Source: an uncultured Thermotogae bacterium | GTDB lineage: Bacteria > Bipolaricaulota > Bipolaricaulia > UBA7950 > UBA9294 | Direction of reading: 5' to 3' | NCBI GenBank assembly: GCA_964608345.1 | Contig: CAZSNG010000001.1 | Location: forward strand, 6,299 to 70,298 | Length of the DNA: 64,000 nucleotides | Shown here: positions 1-9,237 of the stretch, piece by piece | Position numbering within the stretch: the stretch's first letter is position 1 | How the letters are laid out: each line of letters starts with the position of its first letter | Translations under genes and position numbers: made by a program | Notes under the pieces: model-generated | Databases searched by the model: none | The model's input: the letters and a program-made list of their open reading frames with translations, nothing else | Told to the model about the DNA's origin: nothing

Positions 1-1
1 G

Positions 2-472
2 ATCGATCACACGGAGCCGGGGGTCCTCCTGTTCGACCGGGAAGGAGGACTCCTTCTCGCCAAGACCGAGGATGCCATAGGTGTCTACCAGGCCGGGGAC
101 GGCGAGCGGCTCCGGACGATCGACGTCGGCACCGCCGTGCTGTCGCACGACGAGGAAACGCTCGTGACGACGACGCGGACGCACACCGCGCTCACGCTCC
201 GGCGACACCTGTTGGCCACGGGCCAGCAGGTCGATGCGTTCGAGCACGACATGTACTCGGTCGAGATCGCTGCCTTCTCCGATGATGAACGCCTGCTTGC
301 CACCGGCTCTCGAGACGAGGTACTCCGGTTGTGGTCGGCGGAGACCGGAAGATGCCCTTCGACTGGAATCCGTCACTCGACGGTGCGATGGAGTCGTGTG
401 GTGCATACATCACGGTGCTCGGCTTCTCGTCGGATGGCGGGTCATTGGCGGGCGTGGCTCGGCCTGGAGTGA
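2..472 (+). CDS. WD40-repeat protein, C-terminal fragment (5' end lies outside the window)
   Basis: The reading frame is open from nt 2 to the stop at 470-472. It contains a LATGSRDEVLRLWSAETG motif typical of a WD40 blade. Confidence 0.5.
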   Translation: MDHTEPGVLLFDREGGLLLAKTEDAIGVYQAGDGERLRTIDVGTAVLSHDEETLVTTTRTHTALTLRRHLLATGQQVDAFEHDMYSVEIAAFSDDERLLATGSRDEVLRLWSAETGRCPSTGIRHSTVRWSRVVHTSRCSASRRMAGHWRAWLGLE

Positions 473-531
473 CGGGCCGAGCCGGAACCCGCGGCCCGTA
501 GCGGCCTCCGGCTCCGGTGTGATGTGGATCT

Positions 532-560
532 CTTGACAGTCGCAGCGGGCCACCCTATGA
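532..560 (+). promoter_or_regulatory. Near-consensus sigma70-type promoter (TTGACA, 17-nt spacer, TATGAT) for the aromatic operon leader
   Basis: TTGACA at 532-537 and TATGAT at 555-560, separated by 17 nt, about 230 nt upstream of the first operon gene. Seen directly in sequence. Confidence 0.55.
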
Positions 561-571
561 TCCATTCCAAC

Positions 572-652
572 ATGCACAGGGAAACGGATCGAGACGCGAG
601 GCAGCTTCCGAGCCGAACCCTGGCTGCATTTTTCTACTATTTTTGGTGCTGA
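572..652 (+). CDS. Leader peptide of an aromatic amino-acid attenuator (MHRETDRDARQLPSRTLAAFFYYFWC)
   Basis: A 26-codon ORF starts about 12 nt after the -10 box, so it is nearly leaderless. It ends with the run F-F-Y-Y-F-W, carrying Phe, Tyr and Trp codons. Alternative hairpins and an intrinsic terminator follow it. Confidence 0.6.
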   Translation: MHRETDRDARQLPSRTLAAFFYYFWC

Positions 653-705
653 CTTCCCTGATCCGATCTAGCGGTTCGTAGATCGAGGAGGGAAGTCAAG
701 AAGGA

Positions 706-737
706 CTGCAGGCAATCGCCTGCGGTCTTTTTCTTTT
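706..737 (+). terminator. Rho-independent attenuator terminator: 8-bp GC stem CTGCAGGC/GCCTGCGG, loop AATC, then the T-tract TTTTTCTTTT
   Basis: The hairpin plus U-tract lies between the leader ORF and aroH. An upstream segment CTTCCCT (653-659) can pair with AGGGAAG (689-695) to form an alternative structure. Confidence 0.6.
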
Positions 738-789
738 GGCTGCGAGGGCCGCCGACGCGGCGGCCGAAGCGAAGGGGCAGGGAGTTGTC

Positions 790-1164
790 ATGAGGTGTTT
801 CGGGATTCGCGGAGCCGTCGACGTGCCGCGGAATGGTGCTGAGGAGATCGTCGATGCGACGCGCGGGCTGCTCGAGCGAATGGCCGCGGAGAACGGGGTC
901 GGGCCGACGGACATCGTCAGCGTGACCTTCTCCGCGACGAAGGATCTGGACGCGGCTGCGCCGGCCCAGGCGGCCCGCGATCTGGGGTGGATGCACACGC
1001 CGCTCCTCTGCGTGCAGGAGATGGAGACGCAGGGCGCTCTGGCACGGTGCGTCCGTGTGCTGATGCACGTCAACGGAGATCGGTCGCCGGACGAGGTTCG
1101 GCACGTCTATCTCGGCGCCGCGAAGGCCCTGCGCCCGGATCTGACGAAGGAGGTGGCGGCATGA
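790..1164 (+). CDS. aroH: Monofunctional chorismate mutase, AroH class
   Basis: MRCFGIRGAVDV...VRHVYLGAAKALRPDL aligns along its full length with Bacillus subtilis AroH (about 125 aa). Its stop overlaps the pheA start as ATGA. Confidence 0.85.
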   Translation: MRCFGIRGAVDVPRNGAEEIVDATRGLLERMAAENGVGPTDIVSVTFSATKDLDAAAPAQAARDLGWMHTPLLCVQEMETQGALARCVRVLMHVNGDRSPDEVRHVYLGAAKALRPDLTKEVAA

Positions 1165-2012
1165 CACGCGTGGCGTACCAAGGGATCGCCGGAGCGTACA
1201 GCGAGGAGGCGATTCGCCAGTACTTCGGACAGGAGGCCGAGGCGGTGCCGTGCGAGTCGTTTGCCGAGGTGTTCACCGCCGTCGAGCGGGGGGACTGCGA
1301 ACACGGGATGCTCCCGGTCGAGAACTCGATTGCCGGATCGGTCAACTGGTCGTACGAGCTGCTGATGGAGCACGATCTGCGGATCTCCGCCGAGGTGATC
1401 CTGCGGGTGCGCCACCTGCTGTTGGCGGCGTCCGGGACGTCGCTGGATGACATCGAGGTCGTCCGGTCGCATCCACAGGCACTCGCCCAATGCTCCCGCT
1501 ACTTGGCGCGGCACGGCTTCGTCGGTGAGGCGACCGAGGACACGGCTGGCGCGGCTCACGAGCTGCGCGAGAGCCCGGCGTCGAACGTCGCGGTGATCGC
1601 CGGCCAAGGGGCGGCCGATCTGACCGGGCTCGACGTTCTCGAACGGACGATCGAGGACTCGCTCTCCAACTACACGCGCTTCTTCGTGCTGTCACTTGAT
1701 GACGCGCCGCGGGCTCAGCGAAGCAAGACATCGATCGTGTTCACGACGCCGCACCGGCCAGGAGCGCTGCACGAGTGCCTCGGCGAGTTCGCCTCGCGCC
1801 GCGTCTCCCTGTGCAAGATCGAGTCGCGCCCGCGAGCCAGCCGTCCGTGGCAGTACATCTTCTACCTCGATTTCGAGGGGCATTGTCAGGATCCGGAGTG
1901 CGAGGCCGCGCTGATGGGGCTGCTGCGACGGTCGTCGTTCGTCAAGATGCTCGGCTCGTACCCGGCAGCGACTACGCCGATCGACGACGCGAGCGGGGAG
2001 GTTCGATTGTGA
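1161..2012 (+). CDS. pheA: Prephenate dehydratase with C-terminal ACT domain
   Basis: A PDT catalytic domain (TRVAYQGIAGAYSEEA...ESRP motif region) is followed by an ACT regulatory domain. The ATG overlaps the aroH stop. Confidence 0.9.
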   Translation: MTRVAYQGIAGAYSEEAIRQYFGQEAEAVPCESFAEVFTAVERGDCEHGMLPVENSIAGSVNWSYELLMEHDLRISAEVILRVRHLLLAASGTSLDDIEVVRSHPQALAQCSRYLARHGFVGEATEDTAGAAHELRESPASNVAVIAGQGAADLTGLDVLERTIEDSLSNYTRFFVLSLDDAPRAQRSKTSIVFTTPHRPGALHECLGEFASRRVSLCKIESRPRASRPWQYIFYLDFEGHCQDPECEAALMGLLRRSSFVKMLGSYPAATTPIDDASGEVRL

Positions 2013-3022
2013 TCGTGATCATGAAACGCGATGCGACACCGGCGCAGCTGACCAACGTCGTCGCCCGCATCGAGCAGATGGGGTGCCAGGCGCACATCTC
2101 ACGTGGCGAGCAGCGAACGCTGGTGGGGATCATCGGCAACGGGCGGCCGTTCGAGACGGAGCACCTGGAGCAGATGGCGGGCGTGGAGAAGACGATGCCC
2201 GTGACACGTCCGTTCAAGCGCGCCAGCCGGGACTTCCATCCGCAGGACACGCACGTCGTGGTCGGTGACGTGACCGTCGGAGGCGCAGAGATCACCCTGA
2301 TCGCCGGTCCGTGCGCGGTGGAGAGCCAGGAGCAGATGTCGGAGATCGGTCGCGCAGTCAAGGAGGCCGGCGCGCAGATGCTTCGGGGTGGCGCGTACAA
2401 ACCGCGGACCTCGCCGTACTCGTTCCAAGGAATGGGCGAGGAAGGACTGAAGATCCTCGCCCGCGTGCGGGAGGAGACCGGCCTTCCGATCGTCACCGAG
2501 GTGGTCCAGCCGGAGTTGGTTCCGCTGGTCACCCGCTACGCCGACGTGCTGCAGATCGGGGCCCGGAACATGCAGAACTTCGCGCTGCTGCACGCCGTCG
2601 GGCAGGCGCACGGCCCGGTGCTGCTGAAGCGGGGGATGATGTCGACGGTGGAAGAGCTGCTGATGGCCGCTGAGTACATCCTCAGCCACGGCAACGACCG
2701 GATCATCCTGTGCGAGCGTGGCATCCGAACATTCGAGCCGTACACCCGCAACACACTCGACATCAACGCCGTGCCGCTGTTGAAGTCGCTGACCCATCTG
2801 CCCGTGATCGTCGACCCGAGCCACGGCACCGGGAAGTGGGAGCTGGTCGAACCGGTGTCGCGGGCCGCCATTGCAGCCGGCGCCGACGGGCTGATCGTCG
2901 AAGTGCACAATCATCCGGAGGACGCTGTCTCGGATGGCGCGCAGTCTCTTCTGCCGAAACGGTTCGTGCAGCTGCGCGAGTCGGTGAACGCGATCGCGGC
3001 GGCCGTCGGGAGGTCGACGTGA
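2009..3022 (+). CDS. 3-deoxy-7-phosphoheptulonate (DAHP) synthase, type I-beta, with an N-terminal ferredoxin-like/ACT regulatory domain
   Basis: The KDSA/DAHPS core carries the GPCAVES and KPRTSPYSFQG motifs. An N-terminal extension of about 75 aa matches the Thermotoga-type regulated DAHPS architecture. The GTG start overlaps the pheA stop as GTGA. Confidence 0.85.
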   Translation: MIVIMKRDATPAQLTNVVARIEQMGCQAHISRGEQRTLVGIIGNGRPFETEHLEQMAGVEKTMPVTRPFKRASRDFHPQDTHVVVGDVTVGGAEITLIAGPCAVESQEQMSEIGRAVKEAGAQMLRGGAYKPRTSPYSFQGMGEEGLKILARVREETGLPIVTEVVQPELVPLVTRYADVLQIGARNMQNFALLHAVGQAHGPVLLKRGMMSTVEELLMAAEYILSHGNDRIILCERGIRTFEPYTRNTLDINAVPLLKSLTHLPVIVDPSHGTGKWELVEPVSRAAIAAGADGLIVEVHNHPEDAVSDGAQSLLPKRFVQLRESVNAIAAAVGRST

Positions 3023-3879
3023 GACGTCTCGCCGACTGCCGTGTGGTCGTCATCGGCCTCGGGCTGATGGGCGGGTCCCTCGCCGGGGCGCTGCGCGGCC
3101 GATGCCGCGCCGTGGTTGGGCTGGCGAGGCGGTCTGCGACGGTGGAATGCGCACGTCGCCGGGACCTGATCGACGAGGGAACGACCGACGCGGAGGTGGC
3201 CTTCCGCGGCGCCGACGTTGTCGTCTTCGCGACGCCGGTCCGGACGATCGTCGAGCAGCTTCGCGCGATCGGGCCGAGACTCCCTCCCGGTTGCCTGGTC
3301 ATGGACCTCGGGAGCACCAAGGGGGGAATCCTTGCTGCGATGGAGGAGCTTCCGGCAGGAGTCGAACCACTCGGCGCGCACCCGATGTGCGGCAAGGAGA
3401 CGAGCGGCGTGGACGTTGCCGATCCGGCGTTGTACGAGAGTTGCACGTTTATTCTCTGCCCGCTCGGGCGGACGTCCGACGAGGCACTCTCGCTCGGCCG
3501 TGAACTGGTCGACGCGATCGGAGCCGAATCGCTGGTGCTCGACGGCGCACGGCAGGATCGGCTCGTCGCGACGCTCAGCCATCTGCCGTATCTCCTCGCC
3601 TGTGCGCTGGTTCAGACGGCGGATGCGACGACGTCGGCCGACCCTGCGGCGTGGACGATCGTCGCCGGTGGCTATCGCGACACAAGCCGCGTGGCGGGAA
3701 GCGACGTGCAAATGATGCTCGATATCTTGACGACGAACCGGGCTGCCGTCCTTCGTTCGGCGGCGACGTTCCGCGAGCAGTTCGACCGGCTCGTCGAGCT
3801 GATCGAGTCTGGCGCGGAGGACGAGCTGTCCGAGGTCTTGAGCGGCTGCCGCGAGGAGCGAAGGAGAATGTTCCGATGA
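3019..3879 (+). CDS. tyrA: Prephenate/arogenate dehydrogenase
   Basis: A Rossmann motif VVVIGLGLMGGSLA is followed by a TyrA-type catalytic domain. The GTG start overlaps the upstream stop. Confidence 0.85.
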   Translation: MRRLADCRVVVIGLGLMGGSLAGALRGRCRAVVGLARRSATVECARRRDLIDEGTTDAEVAFRGADVVVFATPVRTIVEQLRAIGPRLPPGCLVMDLGSTKGGILAAMEELPAGVEPLGAHPMCGKETSGVDVADPALYESCTFILCPLGRTSDEALSLGRELVDAIGAESLVLDGARQDRLVATLSHLPYLLACALVQTADATTSADPAAWTIVAGGYRDTSRVAGSDVQMMLDILTTNRAAVLRSAATFREQFDRLVELIESGAEDELSEVLSGCREERRRMFR

Positions 3880-5165
3880 AGCGATCGATCGAACCGCTCC
3901 GGCGACCGCTACGAGGGACGATTCGGGTCCCCGGCGACAAGTCGATCTCGCATCGGGCACTGCTGCTGCCGGCGATTGCGGACGGGGAGAGCCGGATCGA
4001 CGGTCTGCTGAACTCGCACGACGTGCGCGCGACCCGCGGCTGCCTCGAAGCGCTGGGAGTCGAGATCGGCGATCGGGACGGCGGCGTGGTGGTCGTTCAC
4101 GGGGCCGGCACACGCGGCCTGCGGCGGCCCGTGTCTCCGCTCGACTGCGTGCGCTCGGGCACGACGATGCGTTTGCTCGCCGGCCTGCTCGCCGGCCGGC
4201 CGTTCCCGTCCCTGCTCACCGGAGATCGGCAGCTCCTTCGCCGGCCGATGAGCCGCATCGTCGATCCGCTGCGTGAGATGGGGGCACGGATCGAGTCGGA
4301 AGACGGACACGCGCCGCTGCTGATCCATGGCAAGAGGCTGCGCGGGGTCTCCCATCGGCCGGCGGTGGCGAGCGCGCAGGTGAAGAGCGCGCTGTTGCTA
4401 GCGGGGTTGACGGCGGAGGGCTCGACCGAGGTCCACGAGCCGGGGCCGTCGCGGGACCACACCGAGCGGATGCTCGCCGCGATGGGCGCCGACGTGCGGG
4501 TCGACGGACGGACGATCCGCCTCGAGCCGGCGAGCCGGCTGGAGGCCGTCGATCTGTCCGTTCCGGGCGACCCGAGCTCGGCGGCATTCTGGCTCGTCGC
4601 CGGCGCGATCGTGCCAGGCTCTCGGCTGACGATCGCCGGCGTCGGTGCCAATCCGACGCGCACCGGGCTGATCGACGTCCTGCGTGCGATGGGCGCGTCG
4701 ATCGAGGTCGAGGCGGAGCGAACCGTCGCCGGCGAGCCGGTCGCCGACCTCACCGTCGAAGCACGCGACCTGTGCGGCGTCACGATCGAGGGAGAGACTG
4801 TCGTGCGGATGATCGACGAGTTCCCGATCCTCGCGGTGGCTGCGACGCAGGCGAGCGGCGAGACCGTGGTCCGGGACGCCGGGGAGCTGCGGGTGAAGGA
4901 GTCGGATCGGATCGCGTCGACGGTCGAGTCGTTGCGGCGGCTCGGGGCGCGGATCGACGATCGGACGGACGGGTTCGTCGTCGAGGGACCGACGGCGCTT
5001 CGGGGCGCCGCGGTCGACGCGCGCGACGATCATCGGCTGGTCATGGCGCTGACGATCGTCGGCTGGATCGCCGAGACGCCGGTGTCAATCGACGGAGCCG
5101 AGCGGGTCGAGGACTCGTATCCCGGCTTCTTCGAGCAGATCGACCAGGCCGGGGGGGCGGGATGA
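3876..5165 (+). CDS. aroA: 3-phosphoshikimate 1-carboxyvinyltransferase (EPSP synthase)
   Basis: Carries the LPGDKSISHRALLL signature and matches the EPSPS fold along its full length. The ATGA junction overlaps the tyrA stop. Confidence 0.92.
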   Translation: MKRSIEPLRRPLRGTIRVPGDKSISHRALLLPAIADGESRIDGLLNSHDVRATRGCLEALGVEIGDRDGGVVVVHGAGTRGLRRPVSPLDCVRSGTTMRLLAGLLAGRPFPSLLTGDRQLLRRPMSRIVDPLREMGARIESEDGHAPLLIHGKRLRGVSHRPAVASAQVKSALLLAGLTAEGSTEVHEPGPSRDHTERMLAAMGADVRVDGRTIRLEPASRLEAVDLSVPGDPSSAAFWLVAGAIVPGSRLTIAGVGANPTRTGLIDVLRAMGASIEVEAERTVAGEPVADLTVEARDLCGVTIEGETVVRMIDEFPILAVAATQASGETVVRDAGELRVKESDRIASTVESLRRLGARIDDRTDGFVVEGPTALRGAAVDARDDHRLVMALTIVGWIAETPVSIDGAERVEDSYPGFFEQIDQAGGAG

Positions 5166-6031
5166 TCGACGGACGGACGCAGCTCGTCGGACTGATCGGC
5201 TGGCCGGTCGGCCACAGCCTCTCGCCGGCGATGCACAACGCCGCGTTCGATGCGCTTGGGATGAATTGGCGGTACGTTGCGCTGCCGGTCGTACCGGGCA
5301 CGGTGGCCGAAGCGGTCCGCGGCCTCGCAGCGCTCGGCTTCCGGGGTGCCAACGTCACCGTGCCGCACAAGATGGACGTCTTGAAGGCGCTGGACCGATC
5401 GAGCGACGACGCGTGCGCCCTCGGGGCGGTGAACACCGTGTGCGTCGAGGACGAGGACGGCGAACCGGTGCTCGTCGGCCACAACACCGATCACGAGGGC
5501 CTGATCGACGCGCTGAGTGTCGCTGGGTTCGACCCCGCGGGCGAGGCGGCGGTGGTCGTCGGCGCCGGCGGGGTCGCGCGTGCAACGGTGCATGGCCTGC
5601 TTCGCGCCGGAGCCAATCGAGTCACGGTGCTCGCACGGTCGGTCGACCGAGCGGAGCGGCTCGTACGCGATTTCGACGATGGGCGCCTGCTCGCCGGGCA
5701 ACTGACGGACGAGGCTCTCGTCGAGGTGGCGGGGCGCGGCGCGCTGCTGATCCACGCGACGCCGGTCGGGATGGGGGCGAACGCGGAGCGTTCGATCTGG
5801 CCGGACGGTGTGCCGTACCCCCGGGAGACGGTGGCCTACGACTTGGTGTACACGCCGCGGCGGACGAAGCTGCTAAGGCAGGCGTCGGCGTCCGGGGCGC
5901 TATGCCTCGGCGGCCTCGGCATGCTCGTCGCCCAGGGGGCGCGGTCGTTCGAACTGTGGACCGGGCGCAATGCGCCGGTCGACGTGATGAAGTGCGCCTG
6001 CGAGGAGGCGCTCGGGAGGGCTGAGAGATGA
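5162..6031 (+). CDS. aroE: Shikimate 5-dehydrogenase
   Basis: GLIGWPVGHSLSPAMHNAAF and the NVTVPHK motif are present. The ATGA junction overlaps the aroA stop. Confidence 0.9.
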   Translation: MIDGRTQLVGLIGWPVGHSLSPAMHNAAFDALGMNWRYVALPVVPGTVAEAVRGLAALGFRGANVTVPHKMDVLKALDRSSDDACALGAVNTVCVEDEDGEPVLVGHNTDHEGLIDALSVAGFDPAGEAAVVVGAGGVARATVHGLLRAGANRVTVLARSVDRAERLVRDFDDGRLLAGQLTDEALVEVAGRGALLIHATPVGMGANAERSIWPDGVPYPRETVAYDLVYTPRRTKLLRQASASGALCLGGLGMLVAQGARSFELWTGRNAPVDVMKCACEEALGRAER

Positions 6032-7170
6032 CGCTGCGATTCATCACCGGAGGGGAGTCGCACGGACGATGTCTGACGGCGATTGTCGACGGACTGCCGG
6101 CCGGGCTGCCGATCGACGTGGAGGCGATCGATCGCGATCTGGCGAGACGGCAGTCAGGGTACGGCCGCGGCGGCCGGATGGCGATCGAAGCCGACCGCGT
6201 CGAGATCGTCGGCGGAGTGATCGACGGACACACGATCGGTGCGCCGGTCGTGCTGCGGATCGACAACCGCGATTGGGAGAACTGGAAGGAGCGGTGGGCG
6301 GCGGGGGATCTTGATTCGCTGACCGTGCCGCGGCCCGGCCACGCCGACTACGCCGGGATGGTGAAGTACGGGCTCGACGATGCCCGCCCGATCCTCGAAC
6401 GGGCGAGCGCCCGCGAGACGGCGGCGCGGGTGGCGGTCGGTGCGATCGCGAAGGGGCTGCTCGGCCAGTTTGGCGGGAGGATCTCGAGCTACGTCGAGGC
6501 GATCGGCGGCGTCGCGGCGACGATCCCGGACGTGCCGGGGGAGACGCTGCACCGATGCGCGGAGGGAAACGCCGTTCGCTGTCCGGACGACGAGGCGGGA
6601 CGCCGGATGATCGAAGCGATCGATGCGGCACGGGAATCTGGTGACTCGCTCGGCGGGGTCTTCGTGGTGATCGCGGACGGCGTGCCGATCGGTCTCGGAT
6701 CGCACGCCCAGTGGGACCGAAGGCTCGACGCGCGGCTCGCTGCGGCCGTCGCCTCCATCCCGGCGATCAAGGGGATCGAGATCGGCCCGGCGTTCGCGAA
6801 CGCGGCTTGCCGCGGAACGGAGGTCCACGACCCGTTCGTCCCGAGCGGATCCGGCCGACCGGTCCGCCCTTCGAACCGCGCCGGCGGAATCGAGGGGGGG
6901 ATGTCGAACGGCGAACCGGTCTTCGTTCACGCGGCGATGAAGCCGATCCCCACGACGGTCGCTCCGCAGCCTTCGGTCGATCTGCGGGGAGGCGAGCCGG
7001 CGGAGACGGCGTACCAGCGCTCCGACGTCTGCGCCGTTCCGGCCGCATCGATCGTCGGCGAAGCGATGGTCGCCTGGGCGCTCGCAGTGGCACTGTGCGA
7101 GAAGCTTGGCGGCGACTCCGTGGCGGAGATGGCCGCTCATCGGGCGGCATGGGAGCGCGATGACTGCTAG
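6028..7170 (+). CDS. aroC: Chorismate synthase
   Basis: MTLRFITGGESHG..GRSSARETA..GGMSNG chorismate synthase signatures are present. The ATGA junction overlaps the aroE stop. Confidence 0.92.
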   Translation: MTLRFITGGESHGRCLTAIVDGLPAGLPIDVEAIDRDLARRQSGYGRGGRMAIEADRVEIVGGVIDGHTIGAPVVLRIDNRDWENWKERWAAGDLDSLTVPRPGHADYAGMVKYGLDDARPILERASARETAARVAVGAIAKGLLGQFGGRISSYVEAIGGVAATIPDVPGETLHRCAEGNAVRCPDDEAGRRMIEAIDAARESGDSLGGVFVVIADGVPIGLGSHAQWDRRLDARLAAAVASIPAIKGIEIGPAFANAACRGTEVHDPFVPSGSGRPVRPSNRAGGIEGGMSNGEPVFVHAAMKPIPTTVAPQPSVDLRGGEPAETAYQRSDVCAVPAASIVGEAMVAWALAVALCEKLGGDSVAEMAAHRAAWERDDC

Positions 7171-8770
7171 GAACGTTGTCCTGACCGGGTTCATGGGGAC
7201 CGGGAAGACGACGGCCGGGCGGCTGCTGGCCGATCGGCTCGGCTTGCCGTTTGTCGATGTCGACGACGAGATCAAGGCGCTCGCCGGCCAAACGATCCCG
7301 GAGATCTTCGCGGAGCAGGGCGAGGCGGGATTCCGCGCACTCGAAGCCGCCGCCTGCCGCGACGTGGCCGGACGGGACGGGGCAGTGATCGGCACCGGCG
7401 GCGGGGCGCTCATTGATCCGGTGAATCGAGCAGCACTCGAGGCGACGGGAACGATCGTCTGCCTGACGTGTGCCGCCGGCGAGATTCTGCGACGCCTCGA
7501 CGGCGCCGACGATCGGCCGCTGCTGCGCGGAGGCGCCGAGGATCGGCAGCGGTCGATCGAGCGGCTGCTGGCGGAGCGGGCGGAGACGTACGCGGCGATG
7601 CCGCACCACATCGACACGACCGGCCGCCCGCCCGCGGAGGTTGTTGACGCAGTCGTCGGGCTGATCGGCGAGATCGCCCTGCCGGTTCGTCACGATCGCG
7701 GGATGTACGACGTGCGCATCGGTCTCGGCGGCCTGGAACGCCTCGGCGACGCGATGCGGTCGACGGGGATCGAACGATCGGCAGCCGTCGCGGTTGTCAC
7801 CAACCCGGTCGTCGGGGAGATCTATGGCGGCACGGTGTCCGCTGCCCTGCAAGGCGCCGGGTATCGCGCCGAGGTCTGCGTCGTCCCCGATGGCGAGGAG
7901 CACAAGCGGCTCGCGACGGTCGAGCGGCTGTACGACGATCTGCTCGACGCGGGACTCGACCGGCACGGCGTCGTGGTCGGCCTCGGCGGCGGGGTGACGA
8001 CCGACATCGCCGGCTTCGCGGCGGCGACCGTCCTGCGCGGGGTGCGCGTCGTGCAGGTCCCGACGTCGCTCTTGGCAATGATCGACGCCTCGGTCGGCGG
8101 GAAGACCGGCGTCGACCTGCCGCGGGGGAAGAACCTGGTTGGCGCGTTCTGGCAACCGGAGATCGTCGTCGTCGATCCGCGGGTCCTCAGGACGTTGCCC
8201 GAGGTCGAGTTGCGCTCCGGCCTGGCCGAGCTGATCAAGCACGCCGTTCTCGCGGATCCGGCGTTGTTCGCCGAGCTGTCGGTCTTCTGCGGCGGCGTTG
8301 GCGACTGGTGGTCGGATGGTGCTGTGGAGCGGATCGCGCGCGCCGTGCGGGTGAAGATCGCGGTCGTGGAGGAGGACCCCACCGAGCGCGGGCGCCGCGC
8401 GACACTGAATCTCGGCCACACGGTCGGCCACGCGATCGAGGCGACGAGCGGGTACGCGGTGCGGCACGGCGAGGCGGTGGCGATCGGGTTGGTTGCGGCG
8501 GCACGTCTGGCCGCGGAGGTCGGGACCGTCGAGGACGGACTTGTCGAGAGCATCGAGTCGACGATCGAACGGTGGGAACTACCAACGCGCTGCCCGGACA
8601 TCGGCGTCGACCGGTTGATCGACGCGATGCGCCACGACAAGAAACGTGCGGCGACGGGCCTCCGGTGGATCCTGCCGCGCGCGATCGGGGACGTCATCAT
8701 CGCCGACGGCGTGTCGGACGACGCGGTCCGACGTGTGCTGGTGGGGATGGGAGCGAGGAGCGAGTCATGA
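7160..8770 (+). CDS. Bifunctional shikimate kinase / 3-dehydroquinate synthase (AroK-AroB fusion)
   Basis: The N-terminal ~170 aa carry the P-loop GFMGTGKTT of shikimate kinase. The C-terminal ~360 aa carry the DHQS GGGV and metal-binding motifs. The ORF overlaps the aroC stop by 11 nt. Confidence 0.88.
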   Translation: MTARNVVLTGFMGTGKTTAGRLLADRLGLPFVDVDDEIKALAGQTIPEIFAEQGEAGFRALEAAACRDVAGRDGAVIGTGGGALIDPVNRAALEATGTIVCLTCAAGEILRRLDGADDRPLLRGGAEDRQRSIERLLAERAETYAAMPHHIDTTGRPPAEVVDAVVGLIGEIALPVRHDRGMYDVRIGLGGLERLGDAMRSTGIERSAAVAVVTNPVVGEIYGGTVSAALQGAGYRAEVCVVPDGEEHKRLATVERLYDDLLDAGLDRHGVVVGLGGGVTTDIAGFAAATVLRGVRVVQVPTSLLAMIDASVGGKTGVDLPRGKNLVGAFWQPEIVVVDPRVLRTLPEVELRSGLAELIKHAVLADPALFAELSVFCGGVGDWWSDGAVERIARAVRVKIAVVEEDPTERGRRATLNLGHTVGHAIEATSGYAVRHGEAVAIGLVAAARLAAEVGTVEDGLVESIESTIERWELPTRCPDIGVDRLIDAMRHDKKRAATGLRWILPRAIGDVIIADGVSDDAVRRVLVGMGARSES

Positions 8771-9237
8771 ACGAAGAACGCGGCGCGAAGCGCCCGAGCA
8801 TTCTGGTGCTGCACGGGCCGAACCTCAACCTTCTCGGGACGCGGGAGCCGGACGTGTACGGCCGGACGACGCTCGCCGAGATCGACGAGCGGTTGCGTGA
8901 GACGGCTGAGGCGGTGTGTGCGGAGGTTCAAACGATGCAGTCGAATCACGAGGGTGTCCTGATCGATGCGGTACACGACGCGGCAACGTGGGCCGACGGC
9001 ATCCTGATCAATCCGGCGGCGTACACGCACACGTCCGTCGCGCTGCGGGACGCGATTGCCGCCGTCGGTCTGCCGACGGTCGAAGTGCATCTGTCGAACG
9101 TCGACGCCCGGGAGCGATTCCGGCGGCGGTCGGTGATCGCGCCGGTCTGCGTCGGCCGGATCTCGGGCTTCGGTCCGGCGAGCTACCGGCTCGGGCTGGA
9201 GGCGTTGCTCGATCACTTGAGAGAAGCGAGCTCGTGA
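8767..9237 (+). CDS. aroQ: Type II 3-dehydroquinate dehydratase
   Basis: [17 protein letters not shown]...HLSNV is the canonical type-II DHQase sequence. The ATGA junction overlaps the upstream stop. Confidence 0.92.
   Translation: MNEERGAKRPSILVLHGPNLNLLGTREPDVYGRTTLAEIDERLRETAEAVCAEVQTMQSNHEGVLIDAVHDAATWADGILINPAAYTHTSVALRDAIAAVGLPTVEVHLSNVDARERFRRRSVIAPVCVGRISGFGPASYRLGLEALLDHLREASS

Noticed and set aside
1107-1607. Minus-strand 166-aa ORF and many similar long alternate-frame or antisense ORFs. Examples are 2099-2914, 6154-7617, 6767-8467, 7822-9363, 24641-26218, 42215-43201, 46132-47229, 55074-55880 and 60947-62968.
   Set aside because: They overlap strongly supported genes in other frames. 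They are Arg/Pro/Ala-rich, as expected from stop-codon-poor high-GC DNA, and have no family resemblance.
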